From NCBI GenBank assembly GCA_002189035.1, contig NEEC01000002.1:4650001-4714000 (forward strand): 64,000 bases of DNA. Direction: 5' to 3'. Within the stretch, counting starts at the first letter, position 1. Every line of letters starts with the position of its first letter. Below the pieces are notes generated by a model that worked only from the letters and a program-made list of their open reading frames with translations, was not told where the DNA came from and did not search any database. The translations under genes were made by a program, and so were the position numbers. Source of the stretch: Utricularia gibba. Taxonomy: Eukaryota; Plantae; Magnoliophyta. Below are positions 49,096 through 62,716 of the stretch, in pieces.

Positions 49096-51493
49096 CCAGA
49101 GCTAGAATATGGACTTCACTTCACAGAATCAATGGAACAGGAGGAAGATGAGGCACAAAATTCCTTAAATTTAGAAGAACACCTCGAAGAAAATCAAGAT
49201 CTTATGCAGACTGTGTCAGAAGATTAAGAAACCAATAATCACTCCTATGTACCTCATTTCCTACAAGACAACCTTGATCACCATGGAGACTACGACTCTT
49301 ATGTTCCAATATCTGATATTTATGATCATTCTCTGATGATCTGTGAGCCTATCTCACCATCTAAAGCCCTACGTGACCCTGCATGGAGAGAATCAATGAA
49401 CAATGAATTGAAGGCAATCGTAGAGCACCAAGTATGGACAGCAGTGGACAGGCCACCTAATGTTAAGCCACTTGGCTTGAAATGGATCTATCAAACTAAG
49501 CTTAATCTTGACAGCTCAGTTAATAAATTGAAATTTAGACTGGTTGCAAAAGGCTATTTACAGAAAGCAGGTGTGGATTATTGGGAATCTTTCGCACCTG
49601 TTGCCCGCTTGGATACTGTCAAGTTGGTGATTGCCTACGCTGCCTGCCAAGGATGGACTTTACATCACCTGGATATAAAAAAATGCTTTCTTAAATAGAG
49701 ATCTGAAGGAAAATATCTATGTGGAAAGCCCTCCTGGTTTTACACTAATAGATGGTCCACATAAGGTATTGAAACTGCAGAAAGCGTTTTACGGACTCAA
49801 ACAGGCACCAAAAGAATGGTATGATACCATAGACACATTTTATCATCAGCTTGGATATGTGAAGAGCAAAAATGATCCTACCTTATACACTCTACTACCT
49901 TATACACTCTAGACAATCATGATGGACGAATTATAATATCACTTTATGTAGACGATATACTACTGACTGGAAACAATGAGGCACTAATTGCAGAACAAAA
50001 GGCCAGACTCAAAGGAAAGTTCGAATTAACAGACCTAGGACCAACATGCTAAATTCTGGGGCTGGAGATAATTCAAGATCACAACTATGTATTTCTAAGC
50101 CAGCAAAAATATACAGAAGACCTACTGAAGAAGTTTGGCATGGAAAACTCTAAAGTAGCAGCAACTCCATTTACCCCTTATTTGAAGAATAAGGCGAATC
50201 AAAGCTCGAAATCTCTCCACATTTCATAGGTAAGCCCTCAAGACACTCCTAAAACACAGGTAAATATACAAGAATATCATAGAATTATTGGGGCTCTCCT
50301 CTATCTCACGTCAACCAGACCGGACATTACCTTTGCTGTGACTTTTCTCTCCAGGTTTATGCATCATCCTCTTGAGTTACATCTTAAAATAGCCAAGAAA
50401 ATATTTAGATACCTGAAAACTATAAAAACGATGGGATTATATTTAAAAAAAAATACTGACGTGTCTTTGCAAGGATTTGTGGATTCTGACTTTGTAGGGT
50501 ACGAATCCGACCTCAAGTCAACCACCGGATACTTATTCACGTTGGGGGTCCGCTGCCTCCTCTTGGAATAGTAGAAAACAGAGCCTCGTTGCACAATCTT
50601 CTGCAGAAGCAGAATATATGGCAGGTGCATCAGCATCCAATCATGTACAATGGATACTGAAACTATGTGATGACCTCAAAATCAAAATCAAGAAGCCTCT
50701 TATCTTGAAAATCGATAACAAGTCCGCAATAAGCATAGCCCAAAATCCGGTTATGTTTGGCAAAACGAAACATATTAAGATCAAATATCATGTTCTGCGA
50801 GATTACATCAAAGAAGAGAGCATAAAGTTGGAATACTTGCCTTCAGAAGAACAAGTCGCAGATATTTTGATCAAAGCCCTCTTTCCCAACCATTTTTCCC
50901 AAATTCAGGAACTTTTAGGGCTTCACTCAAATCCCTTGAATTCTACTGTCCCACCTCATGTGCATCTTCAAGGAGGAATGTTGACGGTTGAAGGTGAACA
51001 AGAGGAAAGACAGCATCATTCAGTAAGCAAAACAGGAGGGTCGAGTCTGGAGATGTCGAGAATGACAGGCGGAAGAAAGAGAAAGAAGAAGATGCTACAT
51101 GGACCGAAGCTTATTATGCTGGACCGTAATGCTATGAAATGGGCTGCTGAAAGCACTTCAACTAGCAAGACGTATTTGGAACCATTCAAAGCCCAACGAG
51201 AGAGTGTCATGGCTACTGAACTAGAGGATCAGCAACGGCTACCTCCTACGGCATAGACTATCGTTATAGACAAACTTGTATATAAATATCTGTGTTCAGA
51301 TCCAAAAATGTAAGCAAGGCTTTTCATATCAAACCCTGTGTCCAGAACAACATATGCTTCACTCTACTACTACATTTGCTCTCCTCCGTTAAAGCACACA
51401 CCTTAGTTAGTGCTATCACATAAACTAGGTCTAACGCTAGAAAAACACTTCAATCAAGAATGGGTGCGTGGATTGATTACCTGCCGAGACCTA

Positions 51494-54400
51494 TCACCAA
51501 CCTCCGTTGCTGCTGCCCCAGGCGCCTTGTGAAGCCTGTTCCCATGCATCAGATGGTTTTTCCTCCCTTCTGGAAGATGTGCCAGGTCCCCCATCCATCA
51601 GAGGCATCACTTTTACCACCCCATGCATCAGATGGTTTTTCTTTCATATCCCAAGCATCAGATAGTTTCTTCTCCTTGCTAGAAGACCGCCTGCTCCCCA
51701 TCCATCAACGGCATCTTGTTTCTTACCCATGTCGGAAAGTTTCGCTTTACTCCATGATGAGGAGTCATCTAATTCCTTTGAATGATCTGATCATAATAAT
51801 AAGAAGCTTCTCAGTGTGAGGTTTTTATATTCAACAAAAAAAATCAGCTCGTTATATACAAGCTCATAGTGCAAATTACCAGATTCTCTTTTTTCAGAGT
51901 TGACTAATTCCCAAGGATGGGCTCCTGCTGCAACATTAATTGATTCCGTGCCCATCCCCCGTTCACCTGCAACTGGTTTAGTTGAATTCCAACTCTTAAA
52001 GGAAGGCGCCTTTTTCAGAGCTTTCAATGTTCCAACTACTTCTATGTTGTTGACTCCAACTCTGACCACCAATCTGCCTCCAACATCATTACGTTTCCAT
52101 CCCTCCTTGCCAATGTTTGAGCTATTACCCCAGCTACGGGAGTTGTCCGCGTCTGAATTATCTCCAGTATTTCTCCAGTCACCACGACCACCCCTGCCAT
52201 AGGACCTTTCTACATCACCTCAACCTTGGAAGCCACCATGGTCACCCCTACCTCGAAAGCGGCTGCGATCACCCCTCCCCTGGAAGCCACGCTCATTTCC
52301 ACATCTTCCCCCAAAACCATTTCCGGAGCTCCAATTGCCCTTGTAACCCCACGAGTCATTGCTCGAGCCAATTTCATTGGTTCTGCTCTTAGAAAAGTTA
52401 CCTTGGCCCCAAACACCTATTCTTTCACTAACATCATTCGATGTTGATTCCTTATTCTTGTTAGAAGCATTTCCTTCACCTAAAATACTGGAACTTTTAC
52501 TACCCAAAGCTGAAGTAGCATTAGCCTAAGTACTTAACTGATTAGTGTCTCCCCACTGAGAATTCGAATTTTCACTTGTAGATTTCCATCCCTTAGCTTT
52601 GCCTCCAGCATTTGTGTCGGGTTGATTCTCCCATGAAAGCTTATCAGAAGATAAAGCTTTACCATGTCGGGTTACGCGCAGCGGAAGGTGGAAAAAACAA
52701 AAATTTTCCCTTTTTGTAACCAACGACATCTCATATCGCTTATACCACCCAAACAACGATAAATCTAGTTTGTTCACACGAACCAGCGACATCTCATATC
52801 GCTTATAACACATAAATCCAGTGCTAATATCTCATATTAACACTTGAATGCCAACGCAGAAGAAACACAGGTAATTAGCGAAGAAAATTACAAAACTTGA
52901 AACCAGAGTCGAGTTCTCTTCTTCGTATCTCTATTCACCGGACTCGTTTCTTCCTAGAGCGTCTTTCCTCTTTTGGAGCTTGAACACCTCTTCCCATAAG
53001 AACACCAAAAACCCTAGGAAATAAGCCAATTGCCTCCTATTTATAGCCAAGCATTGGCATGCATTTTAATGCGGTACGCTTTTGAATGTGGGCTAATAAA
53101 TATGGGCTTGGGCCTAGTGGCCCAAATCGTCAGCCTATATTATTTGGGCCTTGGTTCCCTATATGGGACTGGGCCCATATAACCAATGTTTAACCAACAT
53201 GTGATCCAAATTTAAAGACATGCTAGAGTCTACCAAAACCCGAATCACAAGCGTCTCAGACAACTTCTAATTCTTTGTGTGTGTGACTCATTAGGTTCAT
53301 TTTTAATCAGCAATGGGAGGCGAGAAATCTCATTTCTCTAACAACAATATTGTCCCAAGATATCGTGTCTCTCATAAAATACAAGGGATGCCTAGCATAG
53401 CATATTGTATTTACCCGATTAAAACTGAATACGATATTCAATGAAGAACCTCAATTGCTATCCTTATGAATATCCCTTCATTGGAGACCTTGATCTAGAA
53501 TGGAATCATGGATAATCAAATTCCATTTCATCTAAATCATCACGATTATCTTGAACTCACGTTTCGACGGCAAAACTAGAACTTGGAATCTCATTCCAAT
53601 ATCTCGACAACCTGGCCAGGAATTTACCCGACAAAACAATCAGGAAATCTGAAGTCTCATCTCCGTTTACCCGGAGTGATGATTCCCATCTTGGTTATTC
53701 AAAGATCTTCATATACTATCAACTTAGACCATCACTATTGCTGACATGTATATTTCAACAAGCCTAAATAGTAACAAATCTAAGGCAATAATATATAAGA
53801 CATAATGAAACCTCAAGTCGAAGGATTTCCATAAAGCAATATGAATAGCATTGTGTTGACATGTGTAAAATACCATGTATATGTTATTCAACGTCACATG
53901 TTTGGTCAGCTCATCTCATGAGCCCCCACGTGTTTATTCACACATCTCATGTCAAGCAGCATTTGACTCACTGCCTACTGTATCTTGATAAACATTTTAT
54001 CAACAAAGTAAAATAAATAGAGGTGACAGTTAAGCCAACTATGATGCCCAATCAAAGTATTCAAACTGTGAACCTTTCGAATATATATGTTACAGGAGAA
54101 TCTGTCGAATACTTCTAACAACTTAAAAATACATTCTCCAAACATATAATTCTGGACATTGCCGAAAAAAAGAGAACAACAATTATGGGATGCTAGATTA
54201 CATGGCTTTTGATCATACTTCCAACATACTAGACGGCTTTGACCCTCCCCAACTTGTATCAATGCATCGTGCATCATTTATTCCCTTACCAGCTCCACCC
54301 CAGCCACTATCTCCATGATCTCCTATGTGTTCCGAATTGCCCGAGGTTTCATTCCCACCTTTAGTATTTACCTCAGCATTTCCATCCGGTGGCTTTTCAC

Positions 54401-54562
54401 AAGCTGATTTCCAAGGAGAAGATGACCTGTCCTCATTCTGTCTCCACGAGGAGTCACCCTCATGCTCAGTCAATACATCTTCAGTTCTTTCCCATGACGA
54501 TTTAGAATTCTGATTACCCCATGAAGCTCCACAGTCAAAAACCTCAGATTTTGGTTTGCTCC
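51494..54562 (-). pseudogene. SPT5L/KTF1(RDM3)-like WG/GW-rich C-terminal fragment, split by an LTR
   Basis: About 1.5 kb of coding-like sequence (54562-54203 and 52664-51494): at least a dozen WG/GW dipeptides, KGNWSSGNGFGGR, the RG-rich tract RGFQGRGDRSRFRGRGDHGGFQG, KPSDAW repeats, ending GAWGSSNGGW*. It retains a GT-AG intron (51879-51787) that splices in frame, and carries premature stops and frameshifts. Confidence 0.65.
52665..54202 (-). mobile_element. Angela-like LTR (~1.5 kb) inserted in the SPT5L-like fragment
   Basis: The minus-strand 3' end TTCCGCTGCGCGTAACCCGACA has the same type of terminus as 38250-38291; TG...CA ends. The host peptide WKYDQKP|GKALSS flanks it. No clean TSD. 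Confidence 0.6.
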
Positions 54563-54777
54563 TTATCTGTTATTGAGGAATATGATTTGCAGTTGGGGCA
54601 TCAAATGCATAGTTTGGTCAAGAAAATGGGTTTCGATGGAATGGCATCTGTTTCTAGTTGTCTGATTACTATATATAGTAAGGCGGGAGATTCATCTTTG
54701 GCTGAGAAAATGTTTAATGATGCTCCAATGAAGGACATTGTGTCCTGAACACTCTTCTTGGTACTTGTGTCGCACTG
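54556..54777 (+). pseudogene. PLS-class PPR gene fragment
   Basis: DLQLGHQMHSLVKKMGFDGMASVSSCLITIYSKAGDSSLAEKMFNDAPMKDIVS*NTLL has typical PPR L/S motifs, with the conserved W of VSWN read as TGA. Confidence 0.75.
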
Positions 54778-56019
54778 TTTTATTTGGAAATTACTCTAAA
54801 ATTTTAGTTTATTGAGTATTTTATAATGCATATGATTTAAAAATTAATTTTCGTACAAAAGAAGATATTTATGTTCAAACCAATTTTAATTAACAAAAGG
54901 AATCAGACTTTGTCATATTAATAATCTTCTACTAATATATTTATTATACATACAACATATAAATTTTCTATTTTTAAAAAAATCGAAATAACAACAAATT
55001 AAAAACTATTTTTACTCACAATGCTACTTGAGTATTTTCGTTAAATTAATAAATAATTTTTTTAAAAAATAAATAGCATATTAAAAAATAAATTCTTTTA
55101 CCTAATTCATAATTTTTATTACTGCACAACTAAAATGGTTATTATTATGGATTATGAAAAATATTTAAATATCTACAATCGTTATTGTTATTTTTAATTT
55201 ATAATTTTTTTTTAAATAAATTACATTTTATTGAACATAAGCATGGGTCTTATAAAGAAAAAAATGAATAATTAAAAAAACTAAAATACCTCGAGTTAAA
55301 ATGAAAAATATAAATATTATTAAAATCATTTTTACATATGATTAAATAATTTTTTTAATTCATTTTTGAATAAAAAATACATAATTTGATGTGAAAATAA
55401 TTTTATAATTATAAATACATTATAATCGCCTTAGATTCACTCTCCAAAATTCTGAATTTGACATAAATCTTTATAATTTAACTACTATTGAACTGGGTGA
55501 AAATTCAATAGAGACCACTCAAGTAAAATTATATATATTTTGTTGTTTTATTTTGAATTATTTAAAATTTTTTATTGCAATAATTTATTTACATTGTTCT
55601 TGTATAAGTGTGACTTATAATTACGAATAATTGATTGAAACCACTTATGCACATAATCATGGAGAATATGATTTCTATGAAGATTTACAAGTTATTTCTT
55701 TAGACACTTGATATTACAATAATATTAAAAGTATTTTTTTTAAATATCCATTCATTCAGTAACGTAAATCTTTGTTTTTGTGGCAACAACAAATCCAATA
55801 ATTCAAGAAGAACATGCATTTTCAAGTTAATCTGATAATGAATCTGTTCTAAATTCAAAAGATATGATTGTTGATGAAGTTATCAAGTCAACAATTCAAG
55901 AGACAATTACAAATTTCTTAAGTCAAATAACTCTTGTAGAAAGTGAAAATATATTTACTTATACGGATACTTTTGAAATAATGAATAGGATGAATTCTTA
56001 CAATGAAGAAAAAATGTAA

Positions 56020-56153
56020 CTGAAGTAAAGTATGCATTTTCCTAATAGATAAAATCTAATTGATGCAGTCACAAAGTATCATATTTCCTTAGCACAACGA
56101 GAATTCAAAGTTATAAAGAATGACAACAGACAACGTCGGATAGAATGTGCATA
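56020..56153 (+). mobile_element. MuDR/MULE transposase N-terminal DNA-binding domain relic
   Basis: PNR*NLIDAVTKYHISLAQREFKVIKNDNRQRRIECA fits the F.sk..l..Av..y.i...refkv.ks...r..v.C pattern. Confidence 0.55.
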
Positions 56154-56761
56154 GAGAAGAATGAAAAAATCAAATTGTCTTTTTTACTTACATTAGGATA
56201 TCAAGTAAAAATAAATATTGTTTAAAAATGACAACAGACAGTGTCGAATACAATCACATTGCTTGTTTGAATGTTAACCTCACTACAATGTTTGTCTTGC
56301 CTTAACTTGTTTCTTTCATCATTTAATTTACTGTTTTCACATATGAATCGAAATAGTAACTTGAGAATGTTTAAGTTTCTTTTAAGCATGATTAATTTTT
56401 AAATTAAGTGAAATATTTACTTTTAAATTTCCTGACATGCTGATCTACTCATGTTTGTTTTTTTAGTGTAGAAAGCATTTTAAAAATTTTACTAGTTTTT
56501 TTTAGAGTAGAAACCAACTTTCCAATAAATATCTCTTGTTTAATCATGCATACATGCAGGATTTGCAACTAACAACCATTTGATTCAGTTTTACCATTAC
56601 TATATTATTTTCTTCCTGAATATGATATACATTATTTATTCAGTTTTATAAATATTTTTTATCTTTATGAAATAACCACTTTTTAGAAATTATTTCATGT
56701 AGTGCTCATGTTTTAATTTATATTTTTTGATAGCACATGAATTTTCCTACGTTTATGATAT

Positions 56762-59700
56762 TGATAAACAGAAATTCCTAATGTCGTTGCAAAAATAGAA
56801 ATTTCGTTATCAAATAAATTTATATGCCCTAATCTACACAAAATAAAAATTTGGAAAACTTGTATAGTGGATATCGGGGTCGATCACGAAGAGCTTGTGC
56901 TTGCTAAGTGTTTTAATAAATGCATAATTTGGGATAACAATAAGTCTTAGTCTAAGCTCGGAGCAACAGTGGTAAACAAGTGCGGTAAACAAGATCAGTA
57001 AACAATATCAGGTTTCAATGCGAAAGATAACAAGTACTGGTTTTAACTCAGAATAACACGAAGATGCTTTATGGATATGCGCATCATAATAACTCTTAGT
57101 CCGAGCCTTGAATAGTTTTGAGCTCTCGTACGCATCATTTCTCAACTCCTCCAATTCTGAAAGCTGTAGCATCCTTTGACTTGCACTAAGGTTCTTATCC
57201 AAGTTCAACTTCTTCAAAGCCCACCGGGCTTTGTGCTCAAGAGCTGTTGGTAGTCTACAAGGCTTCCCATATACCAACCGAAATGGTGAGGTTCCAATGG
57301 AAGTCTTGTATGCTGTTCGTATGGCCCAAAGTGCATCCTTTAACCTCATGCTCTAGTCCTTCCTGTTTGGGTTCACAACTTTCTCTAGAATTTGTTTGAT
57401 TTCTCTATTAGAGACTTTAGTTTGTCCATTAGTTTGTGGATGGCATGCTGTAGAAGGCTTGTACCAAACATTGAAATACTTCAAAACACTCCTTAAGGCT
57501 TGATTGTAAAAATGGGTTCCCCTATCACTAATCAGCGCCTTAGGAGTTCCATATCTCTAGAAGATGTTGTTGCGCAAGAAATTAATCACAGTCTTGGCAT
57601 CATCAGTCCGTGTAGGCATTGCCTCAATCCATTTGGACATTTCGTTTTGAAGTAAGAAATGGTCCAATAAAATCTATACCCCATACATCAAATAATTCAC
57701 ATACCAGGATTCTTAGCTGAGGCATTTCGTTTTGATTTGATAAATTTCCTACCCTTTGGCATGGTTCACAACCTTTGCAATAAGCATAACAATCTCTAAA
57801 AATATGTGGCCAATAAAATCCACAGTCTAGAATTTTTCTAGCTGTTCTATTTGGTCCATGATGGCCACCAAAAGGTCATGCATGACAAGAATCAATTATT
57901 TTTGGAATTTCACTTTCATGAACGCACCTTCGAATGATGCCATCATTGCATCTCTTCCATAAATATGGATCATCCCATATGTAGTATTTGGCATTACTCT
58001 TCAACTTGATCCTCGCATGGTAGTCCATTCAAGGTGGCATCGCCCCTGATGAAACAAAATTTGCAAGATCAGCAAACCACAATTCACGTATACTAGTCCG
58101 AACTGAGAATAGTTGTTCATCCTGAAACATTTCAGCGATGATTCCATCTCCTTCACTTCCTTCAATCCTGCTGAGATGATCATCCACCAAGTTCTCCCTT
58201 CCAGGCATGTACTTTATCTCAACATCAAACTCCTGGACGAGAAGGACCCATCTGATAAGTCTCGGTTTGGAGTCCTTCTCCATCAAGTGCTACACCGCCA
58301 AATGATCAGTGTATACCACCACTTTGCTACCTAAAAGATATGAACGAAATTTTTCCAAGGCAAAAATAATAGCAAGAAATTCCCTCTCATTGATGGTATA
58401 ATTTTTCTGGGCCTCATCCAAGGTTTTCAAAGCATAAGAAATAACATGGTGCTTTCCTTCAATTTTCTGTCCCGAAACAGCACCCACAGCATGATTACTT
58501 GCATCACACATGATCTCAAAATTATATTTCCAATCTGGTGGTTGTATCACAAGTGCGGTAGTAACAGCCTTTTTCAAAGAATTAAAAGCTTGCTTACATG
58601 AGTCATCAAAATCAAAGGCAACATCATTATGCAACAACCTACTAAGAGGCAAGACAATTTTCGAAAAATTCTTAATGAACCTCCTATAAAAACCGACATG
58701 GCCTTAAAAGAATCTAATACCTTTCACATCAATAGGATAAGGAAGTTCAGACATAATCTCAATTTTTGCCTTATCTACCTCAATCCTTTTTTAAGAAATC
58801 ACATGTCCTAAAACAATTCCATGATCCACCATAAAATGACATTTTTCAGAATTTAAAACCAAATTTTTCTCCACACATTTCGTCAAAACCTGATCTAAAT
58901 GGTTTAAGCATGACTCAAAATTTTCTCCATATACCGTAAAATCATCCATAAATATTTCAATAAAATCATCACCAAAATTAGAGAAAATACTGGTCATACA
59001 CCTCTGAAATGTGGCTGGAGCGTTACACAATCCAAAGCGCATCCTCCTATAAGTATAAATTCCAAATGGGCACATGAAGGTTGTCTTATCTTGGTCCTGC
59101 CCTGAAATAGGAACCTGATTATATCCAAAATATCTCTCTAAAAAATAATAAAACGATTTTCCAGCCAATTTTTCCAACATTTGATCAATAAAAGGCAAGG
59201 ATAATGGTCTTTCTTTTTCACTTCATTTAATTTTCGATAATCATTTTGCACCCTTTGTGGAACAAGCTCGCCTTTCTCATTTTCCACCACAGTCATCCAT
59301 GTTTTCTTTGGCACCACGTGAATGGGGCTCACCCATTCACTATCTGTGATAGAGTAAATAATTCCTGCATCATGGAATTTAACAATTTCTTTTCTTACCA
59401 CCTCCATCATGTTTGGGTTGAGGCGTCTTTATGGTCGACAAACTGATTTTGCACCATCCTCTAGAAATATTCTATGCATACATATGGATGGGAAGATCCC
59501 CTCAATGTCATCAAGTGTCCAACCTATTGCCTTCATGTTTCTGTTCAGGACCTCGAGCAGTTGTGACTCTTGGTCTGAGCTTAGACCAGTGGAGATTATA
59601 ACAGGATTCCTGAACTCTACGTCAAGAAAAACATATTTTAAACGGTTAGACAATGGTTTCAATTCAGCTAACCTCTCTTCTTGAGTCCTGGCTTGCACCA

Positions 59701-62700
59701 CATTTAATTGCTTGAATTTTTCTTCAGCTTCAATTTTTGCAAATAAAGATTCTTCATGAGCCTCTTCTTTTTCTTGAATTTCTTTCTTCAAGTGCTCCTC
59801 AATGAGTCCATCCATGACATCGACAGCACAAATGCTCTTAAAATCATTGGGATAATTCTTGACATCCTTCATGTTCAGTGTGATTTTGTCTTCATCGAAA
59901 GAAAGCTCAATGGTTCCCATCTTCACGTTGATGATAGCATTTGAAGTGCTTAAGAATGGTCTTCCTAAAATAATTGTCGTGTCCTTTGATCCTCCAGTGG
60001 GCATGTTAACCACATAAAAATCAGCTGGGAACACACGATGCTCGATTTTCACCAAAACATCCTCCACCAAGCCTTTGGGCGAAATCACTCTCCTATCCAC
60101 TAACTCATTTTGCACACCCGATGCTTGCAAAGGTCCCAACCTAAGTGCCTCATAAACATAATTCGACATGACATTTATAAAAGCTCCCAGGTCTGCCATA
60201 GCTCTCCTGATGCACAAATCTCCTATTTTGCATGGGATAAAAAACGTACCCGAATCCTTATGCTTTTCGGGTAGTTTCCATGTAAGAAGTGTTGAACAGC
60301 TTTCACTCAATTTCACCTTCCCCTTCTCTTTCAGCTTCGGTTTAGACATGTATAGCTGCTTCAAATATTAAACACTCTTGGGCACAAGATCAATATACTC
60401 TAGGAGAGTTAAATTCAATTGAGTGTTCCCTAATGCCTTCAACATTTTCTCCTTCTCGGTTTGCTCATCTTTCAGCTTCAACCTTCCTGGAAAAGGGGGC
60501 TAGGTCACCTTCACTACAACAGGTTCTGGAAGTACCTCAACTTCGTCTTCATTTTGCACAGCTTCGTATTCCTCTGTTTCGTTCTCCTTAGTCTCAGGCT
60601 GGACTAATTCTCGTCCAGGTGTCTCTTTTCCACTCCTAAGTGTCATGACGCTGATGTTCGGTCCTCCACTGGAATTAGGGTTTGGATTGGGTTGAGATGG
60701 TATACTCCCTTTCTGTTTCAGGTCTCCAAGCTCTGCTGCCAACTGACTTACTTGAACCTCCAAATTCTTGATTGCTTGTTGATTTTCAGCTTGATTCTTG
60801 ATTGATTGCGCCATGAAGGTCTTCAACATTTCCTCCAATGAATTTCCAGAATTTCCTCCAGCATTGCCTTGATTTGAGGCTTGAAATGGATGCTGGTTCT
60901 GTTGGTTTTGCCTTCGAAATGGAGGCGTCTGATAAGATCTTTGCTCTTGAAAATTTTGCTGCCCCATGGTTGAGCTCTCCCCTTTGTAAGAATTTTCGTT
61001 GTTGCTCCAACGAAAATCTGGATGATCCCTCCAGCCTGGGTTGTAATTGTTAGAATATGGATCATATTTCTTTCTTTGCTGGGACTCCAAGAATCCCATA
61101 GCCTTGAATTGCTTCTCCTCAAATAAATCTGGGCACTTGTCCGCAATATGCCCTATTTTGTGATAGTTTCTGCACGGCATGTTCTTAGCCTGGAATAAGA
61201 ATAGCTCCTTCATCATTTCTAACATAGCAGGAACATTTTTTGTAAGTTCAGTCTCTGAAATAATGGGCTTGCTCTCCACTTCATACACCCTCTTGTTTGA
61301 GGCTTGCTTCTTGATAATATGTCTTGAATGCTCAGCCAACTTCTCAAACAAGGAAAGAGCTTCGGTTGGTGTCTTCTTCCTTAAAAATCCTCCTGCCGCC
61401 GAATCTACCATGGCTCGGTTAATGCATAATAATACATCATAGAAGTATTTGACCAAAGCATTGGTCTGAAAACTAGGGTGTGGGCAAGAGCCGAAAAGAT
61501 GATTAAATCTCTCACAATATTCGTGAAATGGTTCTCTACTCATTTGTTCAACATCACTGATTTCCTTTCTAATACCTTCGGCCTTGGAAACTGGAAAATA
61601 TTTGTTCAAAAACACTTTATTCATTCCAGCCCAATTGGTTATGCTTCCAGACCTTAGTGAGTTGAACCACGTTTTAGCTCCTCCTTCCAAAGTAAATTGG
61701 AAGGCTCTCAAACAAATGGAATCTTCAGCCATTCTAGCTCCCTTGAATGAAGTGCATACCGCTATTACATTATCTAGATGCTTATGGGGGTTTTCTCCAA
61801 TATTTTCATAAAACTTGGGAAAAAAATTGATCATCACTGGTTTCAGCTCGTTTGCTCCTTCTTCTGGAAATCTGATGCACAGACCCCTGTAAGTATGATC
61901 AACAACATCCAATTTGTTCAAAGTCTTCTCAGGTTCAACCATTCTGAAATTGTTGTTGGTCTCTGGTGGGAGCTGCGTCAATCTACTCGCTTCCCTAACT
62001 CTTACCCTGTTCTTGCTAATAGCTCTCTCAATTTTTGAAAGGAAAGTGAGATTACCTGCACCAGAAGAATGTAAATGCATCAACTAGAAACACAAAACAA
62101 TTAAACAACGCTCCCCGGCAACGACGCCAATTTGATAAACGGAAATTCCTAATATCGTTGCAAAAATAGAAATTTCGTTATCAAATAAATTTATATGCCC
62201 TAATCTATACAAAATAAAAATTTGGAAAACTTCTATAGTGGATATCGGGGTCGATCACGAAGAGCTTGTGCTTGCAAAGTGTTTTAGTAAATGCATAATT
62301 CAGGATAACAGTAAGTCTTAGTCTAAGCTCGGACCAACAGTGGTAAACAAGTGCGGTAAACAAGATCAGTAAACAATATCACGTTTCAATGCGAAAGATA
62401 ACAAGTACTGGTTCTAACTCAGAATAACACAAAGATGCCTTAAGGATCTGTAGGTGGTGTTATGCTAAAGTTCCTATCCAGGTCATTCATCAAATTTTAG
62501 GCTAAGCTAAACACCAATATCATAACCAATACATCAAATTAGGTGTACCCGCATGCAAAGCATATAGAACTAGGTCTACCCGGTTCTACTGTTTCTACCT
62601 CGGACTAACACCTACTGCTCCCACCTTGATTTGTTGGTCTACCTCTAAATCAAGCATCTAAGTTGTGAAACTACTTATTCCCCTCCTTAGGTCTGCCCAT

Positions 62701-62716
62701 GGTTTGATAGAAACAA
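56762..62716 (-). mobile_element. Athila-like Ty3/gypsy element with both LTRs truncated; gag-pol broken by frameshifts
   Basis: 5' LTR part 62716-62133; tRNA-Asp-type PBS TGGCGTCGTTGCCGGGGA at 62129-62112. Gag 60500-62083, protease 59429-60364, RT 58791-59410 (FMDDF), RNase H 58290-58652 (MCDAS), integrase ~57070-58030. The 3' LTR remnant 57067-56762 differs from the 5' LTR at 13 of ~306 sites. Confidence 0.9.

Larger units (their letters stand above)
45944..51418 (+). mobile_element. Two-LTR Ty1/copia element (Ivana-like), inactivated
   Basis: LTRs 45944-46356 and 50979-51418 (TGTTGACGG...GCTATCA; ~24 substitutions and 3 indels by hand count); TSD TATAA/CATAA; PPT AAGGAGGAA at 50970-78. 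Gag from ATG 46484 (FDGKEYDIWAPKM, twin CCHC knuckle), protease WFVDSACSNHLT, GAG-pre-integrase LWHKRLGH, integrase, RT ESFAPVARLDT and YVDD, RNase H RTKHI-like KTKHIKIKYH. Stops and frameshifts throughout. Confidence 0.92.

Noticed and set aside
50618-51256. 212-aa ORF running from RNase H into the 3' LTR
   Set aside because: It is the RNase H tail reading on through the PPT and LTR; the same LTR peptide appears in the 5' LTR ORF 46012-46197. Not a separate gene.
52725-52807. Repeated GACATCTCATATCGCTTATA units as a CRISPR-like array
   Set aside because: Only two full copies and one partial copy, inside an LTR of a plant genome, with no cas genes.
52660-54207. TSD for the LTR inside the SPT5L-like fragment
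   Set aside because: With TG...CA ends the flanks are TACCA and TGGCT; the shared CATG arises from flank plus terminus and is not a valid 5-bp TSD.
51494-54562. NRPE1 CTD as the source of the WG/GW fragment
   Set aside because: No DeCL domain follows the repeats; the RG-rich tract and terminal GGW* fit SPT5L/KTF1 better. A BLAST search would settle it.
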